Under the pieces are notes generated by a model that did not search any database, was not told the DNA's origin, and was given only the letters and a program-made list of their open reading frames with translations. Shown here piece by piece: positions 38,335-47,573 of a DNA stretch of 47,938 nucleotides (its first letter is position 1; each line of letters opens with the position of its first letter). Where the stretch lies: the NCBI GenBank assembly GCA_947628725.1, contig CANRAQ010000002.1:1-47938 (forward strand). Reading direction: 5' to 3'. Source of the DNA: an uncultured Bacilli bacterium. Its GTDB lineage: Bacteria; Bacillota_I; Bacilli_A; RF39; UBA660. Made by a program: the position numbers and the translations under genes.

Positions 38335-39390
38335 TTAAAATTTACTTAATAAATTAATTAATCTTGTATTTTTATAAATACTTTCTCTTCCTACTTTTTC
38401 AAATTCAAGCAATCCAGCATCTACTAAACTATTTAAATATGTAGTAGCTGTTTGTCTTGTTACATCACATCTATTTTCAATATAATTAATTCTAGTATAG
38501 ACTTCAAAGAATAAAGAATCCAATAATTCATCAGAATATATTTTAGGTAATTTTGTCATAAACTCTTCTTTATAAGATTCCATTTCATTTTGAATTCGTT
38601 TAATTAATTCAATTGTATTTCTAGATGTTTCTTCGATTCCCTTTAATATATATATAATCCAATCTTCATAGTTATTATTTTCTCTAAATTCGGTAAATAA
38701 TTTATAGTATTGATCTTTATTTTTATTAATATAATTACTTAAATAAAGAATTGGACTATCTAAAAGATTATTTAATACTAAATATAAAACATTTAATATT
38801 CTACCAGTTCTACCATTTCCATCGTAAAATGGATGAATAGATTCAAACTGATAATGAATTAAAGCCATTTTAATAAGTGGATCTATCTCATCATCATTTT
38901 CATTAATATAATCTTCAAGATTTTTAAGTAAATCTCTAATTTCTTTTTCATCTTGTGGTGGAGTATAAATTACTTCTCCAGTTTTACTATTAACTAATTT
39001 AGTACCAGGATTTTTTCTTATACCAGCTTTATTGTGTTCAATCATTCCTTGAAGTTCTACTAAAACATTAGTTGAAATAAATTCTTTTTCTTTTATAATT
39101 TCATATCCACGCCAAATAGCACTTCTATAATCAACAACTTCTTTAGCAGATTCATCTTTAAATTCACTTTCCGTTAATACTTTATAAATACTATCATGTG
39201 TAGTAACAATATTTTCTATCGCACTACTATCCTTTGCTTCATTAATAGTAATAGCATTAATTAAAATATGTTGATTTGGAATTGAATTAGCAAAACCTTT
39301 TAATTCAGCAAGTGATCTTGAAGCTTCATTTAATGCTTCAAGTATTCTTGGTGTTTTTAAATCGCAATCATTAAATGGTAATAACTTCAT
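38335..39390 (-). CDS. Fic family protein with Fic_N and C-terminal winged-helix domains
   Basis: HPFYDGNGRTGR. SSAIEN matches [ST]xxxE[GN]. The C-terminal TRQTATTYLNSLVDAGLL is HTH-like. Confidence 0.85.
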   Translation of the reverse strand: MKLLPFNDCDLKTPRILEALNEASRSLAELKGFANSIPNQHILINAITINEAKDSSAIENIVTTHDSIYKVLTESEFKDESAKEVVDYRSAIWRGYEIIKEKEFISTNVLVELQGMIEHNKAGIRKNPGTKLVNSKTGEVIYTPPQDEKEIRDLLKNLEDYINENDDEIDPLIKMALIHYQFESIHPFYDGNGRTGRILNVLYLVLNNLLDSPILYLSNYINKNKDQYYKLFTEFRENNNYEDWIIYILKGIEETSRNTIELIKRIQNEMESYKEEFMTKLPKIYSDELLDSLFFEVYTRINYIENRCDVTRQTATTYLNSLVDAGLLEFEKVGRESIYKNTRLINLLSKF

Positions 39391-39429
39391 AGTTATTCAT
39401 CTCCTTACATATAATATTACACTATTTTT

Positions 39430-39494
39430 TTAACATATACAAGAAATATGTTAAAATTTTTGCATTTTTTTAACATATTTTATAATTATGTTAA
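39430..39494. promoter_or_regulatory. Two palindromic operator-like sites (half-site TTAACATA) upstream of the Fic gene
   Basis: ttaacatat-N7-atatgttaa at 39430-39454 and ttaacata-N9-tatgttaa at 39470-39494, 40-100 nt upstream of the Fic start. Confidence 0.45.
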
Positions 39495-39614
39495 AAATTA
39501 CTTATAGAATCATTCACAAAATTACTACTAAAAAAGCTAATACAAAAGCTTAAGAAATAAGCCTATACTAGCATACCATTTTTATTAAATTATATCTAAA
39601 AAATATTATTTATT

Positions 39615-39801
39615 ATTAAACTCCTACTGGCTCAAATTGTTCAATCATTATTTCTAAACAATTCATTACTTCATCAAACTCTATCCCTTCTGCATAAGCA
39701 AAGTTATTTTGAAATAACATAGCCATTATTCATTTTCATAATAGATTCAATAATTTCTATATTACTTTCTTCTTTAAATTCTTTTATTGTCATTCTTTCC
39801 A
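39615..39801 (-). pseudogene. Small frameshifted ORF, possibly the N-terminal remnant of an AbiEi-like antitoxin
   Basis: GGAGG RBS, then MERMTIKEFKEESNIEIIESIMKMNNGYVISK*. The next frame continues NNFAYAEGIEFDEVMNCLEIMIEQFEPVGV*. The family assignment is weak. Confidence 0.25.
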
Positions 39802-39924
39802 TAATTTTTCCTCCTTGACAAATCTACTGATATTTTGACGTTTATCAGTAATTTTGTCAATAATATTATAAAAAGTTGTAGAAATATTTTCCCAGATCTT
39901 AGTAATTATACTTACTTTTGGAAA

Positions 39925-40033
39925 TTTATTTAAATACTTTTACCCTTATTTTAAATCTTTTAAAATTAATTATTTACTTTAATAACTAAATAAAAGTTTA
40001 AAATTTTGGTAGTTTAAAAGGTAGTTTAGATTT
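39925..40033 (+). repeat. Copy A of a ~110-bp direct repeat (3' end of the 84-aa ORF plus downstream sequence)
   Basis: ~85-90% identical by eye to 45444-45551 (tttatttaaatacttttacc...aaaattttggtagtt.aaaaggtagtt.agattt). Confidence 0.8.
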
Positions 40034-40252
40034 AATTCCTAATTTATTCATAATATCATTTGCAGTCATTGGAACATTATAATCCATTACATGTAATAAT
40101 TTCCTGATATTAATTATTTTTTCTGTAATAGGCATGTCAGTAACAATAACTGATTCTTCTAAAACTTCATCAATCATTTTTAACATAAACTCAATAAAAA
40201 GTTGTAGAATCTCCATTTTTGTTGCAATCAGCAATTGACTTGTAATATCCAT
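39998..40252 (-). CDS. Hypothetical 84-aa protein (possibly a C-terminal fragment of a larger HTH-containing protein)
   Basis: ORF only. Its last ~12 codons lie within repeat copy A. Confidence 0.35.
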   Translation of the reverse strand: MDITSQLLIATKMEILQLFIEFMLKMIDEVLEESVIVTDMPITEKIINIRKLLHVMDYNVPMTANDIMNKLGIKSKLPFKLPKF

Positions 40253-40287
40253 CTTGCTTAATTCTTACTTAATTTTTGCTTAAATTA

Positions 40288-40791
40288 TCATATTTGCTGA
40301 TTACCGTAAAGAATTTGCTTTATTTTATAATTAATATTTTTATATTCTGAACAAATATTATTATATGATATATATGCTTTGTTTTCAGTTCGCCATAAAT
40401 CTATTGTAAATGTCGATATATTATTTTTAATTAAATTCCCGTGTTCTAAATTATTAAAAATATTAACAGTATCAGTTTGCTCAATAAAATCAAAAATAAA
40501 TAAGTCATTATCTGTATTTATAATTTCTTTTAAAATATCTACATCATCTCTATTAAAAAATAATAAAGGCGATTCATATAAATTATCTTTAGTCTTATAA
40601 AAACAATTATATTTTATATTTAAATCCTTTATTTTTTTATATAAAGAACTTTCTACTTCTAGAGAATCTATAAAAATTGCAATATTATTATAATTAAATA
40701 ATTCTAAAATTTTATAAATCTTATTTGCATCTAATTTTTTAATATTTAAAGAAATATTTTTTTCCTTATTACAAGCATATTTTTTTAACAT
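40288..40791 (-). CDS. Hypothetical protein, no recognisable domain
   Basis: 167-aa ORF preceded by GGAGG. Confidence 0.45.
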   Translation of the reverse strand: MLKKYACNKEKNISLNIKKLDANKIYKILELFNYNNIAIFIDSLEVESSLYKKIKDLNIKYNCFYKTKDNLYESPLLFFNRDDVDILKEIINTDNDLFIFDFIEQTDTVNIFNNLEHGNLIKNNISTFTIDLWRTENKAYISYNNICSEYKNINYKIKQILYGNQQI

Positions 40792-41086
40792 TATTCTTTA
40801 CCTCCATTTATATTTTTAATAATGAGTGCAGATATCTACGTGTGCATACCCATTTTTTCTTGTCACTCCTGTCAATTATTAATCAACAATATCACTGACC
40901 TTAATATTATACCAAATAAAGCTCATTTTTTATTAATATATCATTAATAAAAATATAATATCTTTTGGTTTTAAAATACCATAGTTAAAATGTCCTTCGC
41001 CTATTTAGTTGCTCTAATTTCTATTCTCTTTGTCTTATTTTTTATTGCATTAAAAGCTCTATTATCAATATCAAAAATATACTTCA

Positions 41087-41509
41087 TTAAATTAACTGTC
41101 TTTTTTTTGCGTTATTCAACTTCATGGTTAACTCTGGATATCTATTATCGTATGCAAAACTTTGTGGAGGTGTAAAATGATAAATTTGTCTCAATTCAAA
41201 AAGAGAAATTTGATTTTCCAAAATATAGACATGCCTTATTTCATATGCGTACTTTGACTTCTTTAGCCCCTTATTAAACTCCTCATTTCCATAACCATCT
41301 TTAGTTATTAGATTAGGATACTTAATAATTTCTCCTAATTCAATTATATATTTTAAAGTACATGTAGGTGTTGTCTCATATACATACAATATATCTATTT
41401 TTTGATTAGGATAATATTTTCTAAATTCATAATTTTTCTCACCAGTTTCAATTTTTTTTGTAAACTCTGGTTTTATACTTATGTATATTCCTTTTTTAAT
41501 ACTCTTCAA
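41087..41509 (-). CDS. ASCH (PUA-like) domain protein
   Basis: ISIKPEFTKKIETGEKNYEFRK matches the ASCH N-terminal pattern (I.P.y...I..G.K..E.R). Confidence 0.6.
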   Translation of the reverse strand: MKSIKKGIYISIKPEFTKKIETGEKNYEFRKYYPNQKIDILYVYETTPTCTLKYIIELGEIIKYPNLITKDGYGNEEFNKGLKKSKYAYEIRHVYILENQISLFELRQIYHFTPPQSFAYDNRYPELTMKLNNAKKRQLI

Positions 41510-41798
41510 ACTCCTTTTTAAAATAATAAATTGGTTTTTCTATCCAATTATCAATTATATTATGTATAGTATTTAATTATTCTATTATCTTTTCATTTTT
41601 TTAAAACTCTAATATTTCTATATAATCGTGAAAATTATTATTAATTTTTCCTTAATTTTTTTAATTCTTTTTTTACCCAATACTCACCTTTCTCATTATT
41701 TTCATTCGATTTTAATTTTTTTAATTAAAATTAATTAAAAAACAATTTTATTTATTTTGAATTTCAATACCTAAATGCTATCTAAAATATATTTTGAT

Positions 41799-42641
41799 TT
41801 ATACAACCACTGGTATTATTATGTCAATAAATTCTTCTAAACATTTTATAGTTTCATTAAATTCTAAATTTCTAGCATAACTATTCTTTCTAGAATAGCT
41901 TGTCCATTTATCTCTTAATACCTTACTATCCTTAATTACATTTAAATTTGCAATCAGATCTGCGTTAAATTCTCTTTTTTCAAAAGTTTTCTCCACTGCT
42001 CCTCTAAATTTAGTTTTATTAATTTTATTGAATTTAAACTTATGAATTAAATAAATATCATAATAGTCTTTCATTCTACTGCTTGCTTCTAACTTGCTAA
42101 GTATTGTTTCCATTTTTTCAGCTAGTACTGTTTCCAAATTATACGACCAAATCTTATATACTTCATTTCCTATTAACGATTCATATTTATAATCATCCGG
42201 ACCAGGATGTATTGGATCACCTGTAGCTATATCAATATGAAAACTATCTCTCATATTTTCTAACATAAAATTTATCGTAATTCTTAATCCACCATACTCA
42301 TCTTCATCACGAATTAGTTCAGTTTTTTCAATTACAAATTTTACATTATCTTCTACATCTATATTGATAATTTCTGTTATCATTTTAACAATATTTTCTT
42401 TGGTAAATTTTGTTTTCGTTATTGCAGTATCAATATCCATAGTACTTCTATTATCTAATCCAAATAATTTACTCAAATAGAAACCACCTTTTAATATAAA
42501 ATTATCTTTATATTTGCTTTTTGATAAACGCTCAACAAATCTATCATACATATAAAATCTCATTACAGAGTTAAAATTCACATTTTTTTCTCTAGAAATA
42601 TTTTTAAGTTTATCTTTTACTACTTGAGCAGAATTACTCAT
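41799..42641 (-). CDS. abiEii: Nucleotidyltransferase AbiEii/AbiGii toxin family (DUF1814)
   Basis: FILKGGFYLSKLFGLDNRSTMDIDT nucleotidyltransferase motif. Overlaps the upstream AbiEi-like gene. Confidence 0.8.
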   Translation of the reverse strand: MSNSAQVVKDKLKNISREKNVNFNSVMRFYMYDRFVERLSKSKYKDNFILKGGFYLSKLFGLDNRSTMDIDTAITKTKFTKENIVKMITEIINIDVEDNVKFVIEKTELIRDEDEYGGLRITINFMLENMRDSFHIDIATGDPIHPGPDDYKYESLIGNEVYKIWSYNLETVLAEKMETILSKLEASSRMKDYYDIYLIHKFKFNKINKTKFRGAVEKTFEKREFNADLIANLNVIKDSKVLRDKWTSYSRKNSYARNLEFNETIKCLEEFIDIIIPVVV

Positions 42642-43563
42642 AATATATGCCTACCATTTCCATTACTTTTTTACTTATTCCCATTCTTTTTGCATAATCA
42701 GATAGTTTTGCCACATTTTTATCTTTACTTTGAATATATTGTTTAACAGATTTTTTTACTTGTTCAGGATCCATTCTACCTTTTGATCTTATGATATCAC
42801 AAATGCATCTTTCCTTGTCATAAGCTCTAACTTTATTTCCACTTGGTGTTTCAACTTCAGTAATACCTATTTCATATATATCATCTGATACATAAAAAAC
42901 ATTACATTTTTCATTTACAGTATTAACATGATAGTTTTGTGGAACAGTTACTGTATAATTATATGGAAATTCCTCAGTCATACTATAAAAATATAGAGCA
43001 TTCATATGTGAAAAAATAGCTTTTTTATATTTTTGTTGGAATGAAAAATAACTATCCTCAAAAGCACTTGGGGAAAGATAAATACCTCTTGAAATTTTTT
43101 CAATATCGTTATTGTTTTCCATAATTGATATATATTGTCTGCTTATATTTAGTGGTTCTATCATTCTTGTGGAAAACATTCCATTATTGGTATCCATTAT
43201 TTGTTTTATAGTATCAGTAAATATTTTTAATTGTTCATTTGGATATTTCATTGATAGTTCCTTTATTAAATTAGACATAGTATTAATGTTCTTTAGTTGA
43301 TCTTGCATTGGTTTAAGCGTTTCATTAAGTTGTTCTCCTATTTTTCTAATTGGTTCTAGAGACTTAGAAATAGATTTACTAACTTCAACAATCGGCTTCA
43401 TAGATTCATTAATTGATTTACTTAGTTCTTGCATTGGACTTGATAGTTGAATAAGTTGTTCCTTAATTTGACTCATAGGTTCCTTTATTGAATTAATAGC
43501 TTCTACATAATTTTTAAGAACATTACTATCAATTTTATAATTGATTTGCTCCTCTTTTTTCAT
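42634..43563 (-). CDS. abiEi: AbiEi-like antitoxin/regulator with an atypical repeat-containing N-terminal extension
   Basis: The central FSTRMIEPLNISRQYISIMENNNDIEKISRGIYL is an AbiEi_4-type wHTH. It is paired with AbiEii. The first ~125 aa are additional. Confidence 0.65.
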   Translation of the reverse strand: MKKEEQINYKIDSNVLKNYVEAINSIKEPMSQIKEQLIQLSSPMQELSKSINESMKPIVEVSKSISKSLEPIRKIGEQLNETLKPMQDQLKNINTMSNLIKELSMKYPNEQLKIFTDTIKQIMDTNNGMFSTRMIEPLNISRQYISIMENNNDIEKISRGIYLSPSAFEDSYFSFQQKYKKAIFSHMNALYFYSMTEEFPYNYTVTVPQNYHVNTVNEKCNVFYVSDDIYEIGITEVETPSGNKVRAYDKERCICDIIRSKGRMDPEQVKKSVKQYIQSKDKNVAKLSDYAKRMGISKKVMEMVGIYYE

Positions 43564-43760
43564 ATTAATCCCTTTTCTTTCTTTGACAATTACACTGAAA
43601 TTGTATCATTTTTCAGTGTAATTGTCAAATAATTAACTGATTCTATTATAATTATCATCTTATATAAAGGCCATATATTTTTCTCAAAATTGCTACCTAA
43701 ATTTTAACTCAAAGTTTTTAATTAATCTTTATAAATCCTTATAAAATTTACTAATATACA

Positions 43761-43782
43761 AAAATAAAAGAGCCTTCGCTCT
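43761..43782 (-). terminator. Intrinsic terminator downstream of the DUF5050-like gene
   Basis: Stem agagc/gctct with a cttc loop and a T-rich run on the minus strand. Confidence 0.45.
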
Positions 43783-43929
43783 CTCATGTCATCAAAGTTT
43801 TGTACCTTTTTTTGCCTTTTTATAACATTTTTTTCATTTTTAATCAATTTTGGATTTTTATTTCATTTTAGATTAAATTGAGTTAATAAAATTTTACTTT
43901 TTTTAATATAAATTAGAAAATATTTTATA

Positions 43930-45138
43930 TTAATATTCTAAATCCTCTATTGTAAATTGATTAACTGAATTATCCATCATAGTAACATTTATTTTATCCA
44001 ATGACCCAACACTATTACCATCTACAACATATTCAGTCCTTGAGCCTAGTTGCGTTTCATTAATTTTTGTTTCAAACACTATTTTCATTGTATTAGAATT
44101 AATAAAATTGAATGCATAATAATTTTCAACATCTGATAAAGTATAATACTTCTTTATATTTTCATTTTCATATGAATATATTACACCATTATCAATATAA
44201 TATACTTTATTGTCATTAAATTGCGCTTGTCCATATAAACTACCTAAATCATCTTTTGTTGTTTTTGCAATAAGACTTGTTTGTTTACTATTAACATCAT
44301 AAATGTATATTTCATTATGTGGGGTACAATTACAAGAGTATATTTTGTTCCAATTGCTATCATAACGATCACTTTCATATAAGAAATATAAGATTTTACC
44401 ATTACTATATGCAATATCCTCTATATAAGGTGTATCAATTAATTTAGTCTTTGTATTATTATTTATATCTAGTTCATAAATAATAACGCCCATACCACCA
44501 TTAAACTGTGCATAATAGATAGTACTATTATTTTCATCTGCATACCATTTATCTTCATCTACATCATTAATAACCTGTTTATATTCATCAAAATTTTTAG
44601 CATCCATATTTAAAGATAAGAGACCAGTATATTTATCATTAACACCATTATAAATGCCAAAATTAAAATATAAAGTATCATCAATTATAGCAGATTTTTC
44701 TATTCCCATTTTATAATTATAAATTTTAGGTAATTCAACCCATATGTTTTCAGTTAAATTATTATCTGACAAAGTAAGATATTTTATAGCCTTTTGATCA
44801 GAATAATACAACTTATCATCGTATATTCCAATATAATGAATATAATAATCAAAATCATAGGAAACCTTATAGCCAGAACCATCTTTTTCAACTAGATATT
44901 TTTTATTATTTTTATCATCCTTTATTATTTTGTAACCTTTACTATCTAAAGAATTATTTAAAACACTATCATTTAATTCTTTATCTATATTATTTTCATT
45001 AGTTGGTGAATTACCAGATTTAGCTATAATCTTATCATATGTAATATACCCAACTAACAATAATATCAGTATTATAAGTAATATAAAGACAATCATAATA
45101 ATCTTATTATTTTTCCCAATATTTGCCATATTCATCAT
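43930..45138 (-). CDS. Membrane-anchored beta-propeller-like protein (DUF5050-like)
   Basis: N-terminal TM helix. Recurrent Y-Y/IYY blades: KLYYSDQ, TLYFNFGIY, TIYYAQF, KILYFLY, KVYYIDNGVIYSY. Confidence 0.45.
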   Translation of the reverse strand: MMNMANIGKNNKIIMIVFILLIILILLLVGYITYDKIIAKSGNSPTNENNIDKELNDSVLNNSLDSKGYKIIKDDKNNKKYLVEKDGSGYKVSYDFDYYIHYIGIYDDKLYYSDQKAIKYLTLSDNNLTENIWVELPKIYNYKMGIEKSAIIDDTLYFNFGIYNGVNDKYTGLLSLNMDAKNFDEYKQVINDVDEDKWYADENNSTIYYAQFNGGMGVIIYELDINNNTKTKLIDTPYIEDIAYSNGKILYFLYESDRYDSNWNKIYSCNCTPHNEIYIYDVNSKQTSLIAKTTKDDLGSLYGQAQFNDNKVYYIDNGVIYSYENENIKKYYTLSDVENYYAFNFINSNTMKIVFETKINETQLGSRTEYVVDGNSVGSLDKINVTMMDNSVNQFTIEDLEY

Positions 45139-45375
45139 TCAACTCCTATCTATGCTAATTATAATATATACAGATAAAATTGTAAACAATAAATTACATT
45201 AATAAATATGACAATTGTAAAATTGGTGTAAAAAATATATCATCATCTTTTTATCACTTAAAATTCACTGTATAAATTTATTAATAAAACCTATGTAAAA
45301 ATAAAAATGCCACCTAATTGCCACCTAAACTTAATTGTAAGAATAATTGGCATCTCATAATCCCTTTATTTTCAA

Positions 45376-45409
45376 GCAAAAACAAAAATGAGAGAGCTTT
45401 CGCTCTCTC
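45376..45409 (-). terminator. Orphan intrinsic terminator belonging to the truncated gene remnant in repeat copy B
   Basis: Perfect 8-bp stem gagagagc/gctctctc with a tttc loop and a T-rich run on the minus strand. Confidence 0.55.
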
Positions 45410-45443
45410 TTCAGGGGGCGGTTAGTATTCACGCACTTCTAAG

Positions 45444-45551
45444 TTTATTTAAATACTTTTACCTTTACTTTAAAACTTTAAAAATTAGTTATTTATCTTA
45501 ATAATTAAATAAAATTTAAAATTTTGGTAGTTGAAAAGGTAGTTGAGATTT
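45444..45551 (+). repeat. Copy B of the ~110-bp direct repeat (retains only the last ~12 codons of a paralogue of the 84-aa ORF)
   Basis: Aligns with 39925-40033. The reverse strand reads ...KNLNYLFNYQNF*, versus ...KSKLPFKLPKF* in copy A. Confidence 0.8.
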
Positions 45552-45577
45552 TTTCTTAACTACCTTTTTATGACAAG

Positions 45578-45598
45578 AAAAAAGGAACCTCAGTTCCT
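45578..45598 (-). terminator. Intrinsic terminator of the Abi_2-family gene
   Basis: Stem aggaac/gttcct with a ctca loop, followed on the minus strand by T6. Confidence 0.55.
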
Positions 45599-45710
45599 CT
45601 TTCCCCCGTTAATAACGGAATTTAATTACATATTCATGATAACATATTTTAATATCTTTGTAAATATGTAACCATTATATTTATATGCTTTTTTTAGACA
45701 ATTATACATT

Positions 45711-47228
45711 CTATTTGATATTAGTAAAAAAGCTTGCGTTTATTCCTGTAAATTCAGTATATCGTTTTCGTGCCGGAAAATGTTTATATTTGGATTTAAT
45801 TTCATTAACATTAATATTTTTTGATATAGAATTTATTTGTTTTATTATTTCTTTCAATTGTTTTTCTTTAGCTTTTAATTTCATTTTATATGCTTTTCCA
45901 GATTCAATTTTTTCTATAAAACTAGATGTTTCCATATCGAATGTAAATAATTCTGAAATGATATTCTTGAGCTCATCTATTTGTTTTGGATTTTCAACTT
46001 CAATAATAGATTTACTTAAAACTATATTATACTTTGAATATATCTCTATCAATTCTGAATAAAAATTAGTATTTTTATCAATATGCTGTAATATTTTATA
46101 TAAAATATATATTATTTTTGAAAGATCTAGTTTAGTAGAATTATTTGAGTTAAAATTATCACTACCAAAATATTCTTTTAAACTATTCATTAGTGATCCC
46201 ATTATATTTATTTGTTGTTTCTCTATAGATACTTTATTACCTTTTTTATCTATATATTCAGGATTTGCCATTGGTAATTCATATTCAAATTTAGGATTAC
46301 CATTAATGTTATAGTTTAATACATTATAACAATATATCGGTTGATTATGAGCTAACATATTTCTAAATTCACCTAAATAGCATAATAATGTTTTGAAATT
46401 ATTAACCATTCTCTTTTCATACTTTATTTGTTTTTGAGATTTTCCTCTATTTTCTTCTGATAAATTAAGTTGTGTAAAAAAATTTAAGCATCTTAAAAAT
46501 ATTTTATAAGAATCACTTGAATTCAAGTTTGCTATTGCATAATATGTTTGATTCATAGCTAGTTCATTTATAATAATCCAATACGGAACAATTAAATGTT
46601 GGTCTCTTTTTCTTTTTATTGGTTTAGATTTTTGATTATCATATTTATCAATTATTAACTTCATAGTATCGAATGATTTGGATTTTAAAGAATTTGTATT
46701 GTAATTATCCATATTAACCAAATAGTTCGGTTCAGCATTTATGTCATTAAGGTAAGAAATAAAAATATTTTTTACACTTTCTTCAACTATCAATGTATAT
46801 TTTAATAACATCATTCTTAATTCATGTTCAAATTTATACATTCTCACAAAATCTGTATATAAAGTCCCAGGATTATAAATATGATGATGATATTTAATAA
46901 TTTTTATCTGCTCCTCTTTTTCTTGTAACGTTTTACCACTTAATCCATATTTCTTGCATATTCTATCACATATTGCTTCATATAAATAATTATCTGTAAT
47001 TTCATCTTTTATTTGAAAAGATTTTCTATAATAATCTAATTTAACCCTATTTGTGATATTATCTTTTATCTCATCAATGTTATCTTCGTCATATGCAAAA
47101 AGATTTTTGTAAGCATTAACAACTTGAAAATAACTATACTTTTTAAATAAAACTTTATCTCCTCTCAAAAACTTTATTCCTTTATTCTCTGCAATAATAA
47201 TAAGTTTATTTGTTGAGTTAGTTTCCAT
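45711..47228 (-). CDS. Abi-like (Abi_2/AbiD-AbiF family) abortive-infection protein with a long C-terminal extension
   Basis: The N-terminal ~330 aa show the Abi_2 pattern (YFQVVNAYKNLF, ELRMMLLKYTLIVEESVKN, LGEFRNMLAHNQPIY). The C-terminal ~150 aa are Lys/Glu/Ile-rich and coiled-coil-like. Confidence 0.7.
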   Translation of the reverse strand: METNSTNKLIIIAENKGIKFLRGDKVLFKKYSYFQVVNAYKNLFAYDEDNIDEIKDNITNRVKLDYYRKSFQIKDEITDNYLYEAICDRICKKYGLSGKTLQEKEEQIKIIKYHHHIYNPGTLYTDFVRMYKFEHELRMMLLKYTLIVEESVKNIFISYLNDINAEPNYLVNMDNYNTNSLKSKSFDTMKLIIDKYDNQKSKPIKRKRDQHLIVPYWIIINELAMNQTYYAIANLNSSDSYKIFLRCLNFFTQLNLSEENRGKSQKQIKYEKRMVNNFKTLLCYLGEFRNMLAHNQPIYCYNVLNYNINGNPKFEYELPMANPEYIDKKGNKVSIEKQQINIMGSLMNSLKEYFGSDNFNSNNSTKLDLSKIIYILYKILQHIDKNTNFYSELIEIYSKYNIVLSKSIIEVENPKQIDELKNIISELFTFDMETSSFIEKIESGKAYKMKLKAKEKQLKEIIKQINSISKNINVNEIKSKYKHFPARKRYTEFTGINASFFTNIK

Positions 47229-47384
47229 AGATAGTCACCTCTTATGTATTATTATAACATTAAATATCTCTTTAAATCAGCAAATTTTTATACTTTTATA
47301 ATTTCAACTACCGAATATTATAGCTTTTTTCTAAATTATTATAAACTTTTTTAAATTTTTATATATAAAACATAAACTTTCTTA

Positions 47385-47418
47385 AAACAAAAAGTGTCGA
47401 CGAGGATTACTTGTCGAC
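47385..47418 (-). terminator. Intrinsic terminator of the aldo/keto reductase gene
   Basis: GTCGAC/GTCGAC stem with an 11-nt loop and a T-rich run on the minus strand. Confidence 0.45.
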
Positions 47419-47573
47419 TTCAGGGGCGAAATTTTTTTAAATCTTTTTTGTTTAAAATTTCACTTTTCCCTTTATTTTTCGTTCTTTTTTGTTTATTTTA
47501 AATTAGAAAAAATTAAAACAATGTATTAAAAATCTAGAATTTTAATGTCTAATTATTACCTAAATTTTATATT

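Noticed and set aside
8157-45685. Other + strand track ORFs nested inside minus-strand genes (8157, 12676, 16817, 17263, 17507, 18721, 18771, 21402, 23449, 25097, 25889, 25999, 30088, 31962, 32293, 32426, 32807, 33155, 34918, 40379, 40990, 43112, 45685)
   Set aside because: Each overlaps a minus-strand gene that has clear family motifs. They show AT-rich antisense composition (Leu/Phe/Ile/Ser) and no recognisable domains.
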